Virus record (IMG/VR): IMGVR_UViG_3300021958_000051
Coordinates: 52,234 to 72,233 of that record
Length of the DNA: 20,000 bases
Origin: an uncultured virus (IMG/VR IMGVR_UViG_3300021958_000051)
Taxonomy: Duplodnaviria; Heunggongvirae; Uroviricota; Caudoviricetes
Reading direction: 5' to 3' (one strand)
A model generated the notes under the pieces. The model saw only the letters and a program-made list of their open reading frames with translations. It was not told the origin of the DNA and ran no database searches. This document shows positions 18,637 to 20,000 of the stretch, one piece after another (the first letter of the stretch is position 1; every line of letters starts with the position of its first letter). Both the position numbers and the translations under genes were made by a program.

Positions 18637-18864
18637 ATGAATATGAACACATTTCAAACATCAGATATTGGCATAGCCGCATATGTTATGATGAAAGGCC
18701 TTAAGTTAAAACAAGCGTCTAGAGGTCATAACGGCCGGTTTAGTTTTGTTTTCGATGATTCGCAAAATTTAGGAAAAGGATACGCTGTGGATTATGTAAA
18801 TTCAGAATCTGCCAAATTTGATGCCCATATGAAGAACCTAAAAAATATCTTATATAAATCTTAA
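18637..18864 (+). CDS. Small basic protein, DUF5659-like
   Basis: FQTSDIGIAAYVMMKGLKL....G...GRFSFVFDD pattern resembles DUF5659 proteins as I recall them (not searched). Start could be 18637 or 18643. Confidence 0.6.
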   Translation: MNMNTFQTSDIGIAAYVMMKGLKLKQASRGHNGRFSFVFDDSQNLGKGYAVDYVNSESAKFDAHMKNLKNILYKS

Positions 18865-18976
18865 TGACTCGAATATATAAGATCATTAGTCAAGTTAGTA
18901 GTTTCGTCCAGTTGATCACAGTATGCGCATAAAAGTAAAGTTTTTTACGAAACAAATTTAACAAAGGAGGAGTCAA

Positions 18977-20000
18977 ATGGCTTCAAGAACACAATTAAGA
19001 TTAGGACAATTGACCGGTTCATTTGGAACCGGCGCAATTAATGACCAAATCTCAGCTGCAGCGACAGGATCGATTGCAGTCACAGATTTAGAAGGAGTAT
19101 TATCTCATCTTGCAGGCGCAATTAAGCGTATTCACGGTGAAGATAGTTTCTCACAAAATGCGGCAGGTGAATTTGCAGTTTCTGTAGTACCTTCATCTGC
19201 AGATGGTGCAGCTCTCGGTAGCGCAACAAACGAATGGTCAGATCTTTATCTTGCCGATGGTGGTGTTATTAACCTCGGTAATGATCAAGACGTAACCATT
19301 ACACACGTTGCTGATACAGGCGTATTATTAAATGGTTCATCTCAAATTCAATTAAGAGATTCAGCAATCTTTTTAAATTCATCCGGAGACGGTGTTTTAG
19401 ATATTGAAGCAGATACCACTATTAATATTGGTAATGACAACTCAGGTGTTGCTATTTCTATTGGTCATTCAACCTCAGAAGTAACTGTTAATGATAATCT
19501 TACTGTAACAGGTGATTTAACAGTTAACGGTACAACTGTAACCTTAGACACAACTAACCTTCTTGTTGAAGATCCAATTATTGTTTTAAACAAAAATAAT
19601 TCTTCTGCAAATGGCCAAGGTGGTATTGCTATTGAACAAGGTGGATCAACAAGCGATTTAGTTTTTGGTCGCGTTGCTAATGATACTTGGGGTGTTGGTA
19701 CTAAAGACACAGCAGGCGGTACAGCAACAACAGTTGCTGATATGACATTGACTACTTTCCGTGCTGGAAAGCTTGAAATTGATGGTGCAAGTGATACAAT
19801 TGACGTGGTTAACTCCGATCTCACAGCAACCGCCGCTGGTAATTTTAAAGTAGATGCTGCTACTGACATCATTCTTGATGCAGATGGTGCTGATATTTTC
19901 TTTGATGATGCAGGCACACGTTTTGGTGGCATCAATATGAACGCTGGGGCGAGTTATCTGATTTTATCATCATCAGCTTGTAATAATATTGCTTTTGCTT
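18977..20000 (+). CDS. Tail-fibre-like structural protein, 3' truncated by the window (absent from the ORF track)
   Basis: Strong RBS AAAGGAGGAG, ATG 18977, open to the window end: MASRTQLRLGQLTGS...LGSATNEWSDLYL...NLTVTGDLTVNGTTVTLDTTNLLVEDPIIVLN...DIILDADGAD, motifs typical of phage fibre proteins. Confidence 0.82.
   Translation, partial: MASRTQLRLGQLTGSFGTGAINDQISAAATGSIAVTDLEGVLSHLAGAIKRIHGEDSFSQNAAGEFAVSVVPSSADGAALGSATNEWSDLYLADGGVINLGNDQDVTITHVADTGVLLNGSSQIQLRDSAIFLNSSGDGVLDIEADTTINIGNDNSGVAISIGHSTSEVTVNDNLTVTGDLTVNGTTVTLDTTNLLVEDPIIVLNKNNSSANGQGGIAIEQGGSTSDLVFGRVANDTWGVGTKDTAGGTATTVADMTLTTFRAGKLEIDGASDTIDVVNSDLTATAAGNFKVDAATDIILDADGADIFFDDAGTRFGGINMNAGASYLILSSSACNNIAFA

Noticed and set aside
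10830..19935. Nested ORFs 10830-11030, 13585-13815, 13774-13980, 17689-17886, 18399-18629 and 19465-19935
   Set aside because: Alternative-frame or antisense shadows of the amidase and structural genes.
1..20000. Stop-codon reassignment as seen in some large phages
   Set aside because: Conserved genes are full length in code 11, and TAA, TAG and TGA all terminate genes at sensible positions.

Overview
AT-rich, gene-dense, entirely + strand segment that reads as part of a large tailed dsDNA phage genome with a T4-like replication module, using the standard genetic code. Left half: the end of an ssDNA-binding protein gene, RecA/UvsX, a 5'-3' exonuclease, a DnaB/gp41 helicase, a class II (B12-dependent) ribonucleotide reductase, ClpP, a Dps/ferritin-like protein and a PG-binding plus amidase endolysin. 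Two orphan genes for hydrophobic proteins are interleaved among these; they share a KIPVIGP motif and LxE-rich N-termini. Right half: very large repetitive Gly/Ser/Thr-rich virion or tail-fibre-like genes and a small DUF5659-like gene. The most notable unexplained signals are (1) two untranslated leaders upstream of giant structural genes that carry strand-specific AGT repeats and a shared AGTTGA...AGTATGCG motif, with the DUF5659-like gene next to one of them, and (2) a candidate family of capsid-packaged, protease-matured membrane-active proteins. All family assignments come from motif recognition by eye; no database searches were run.
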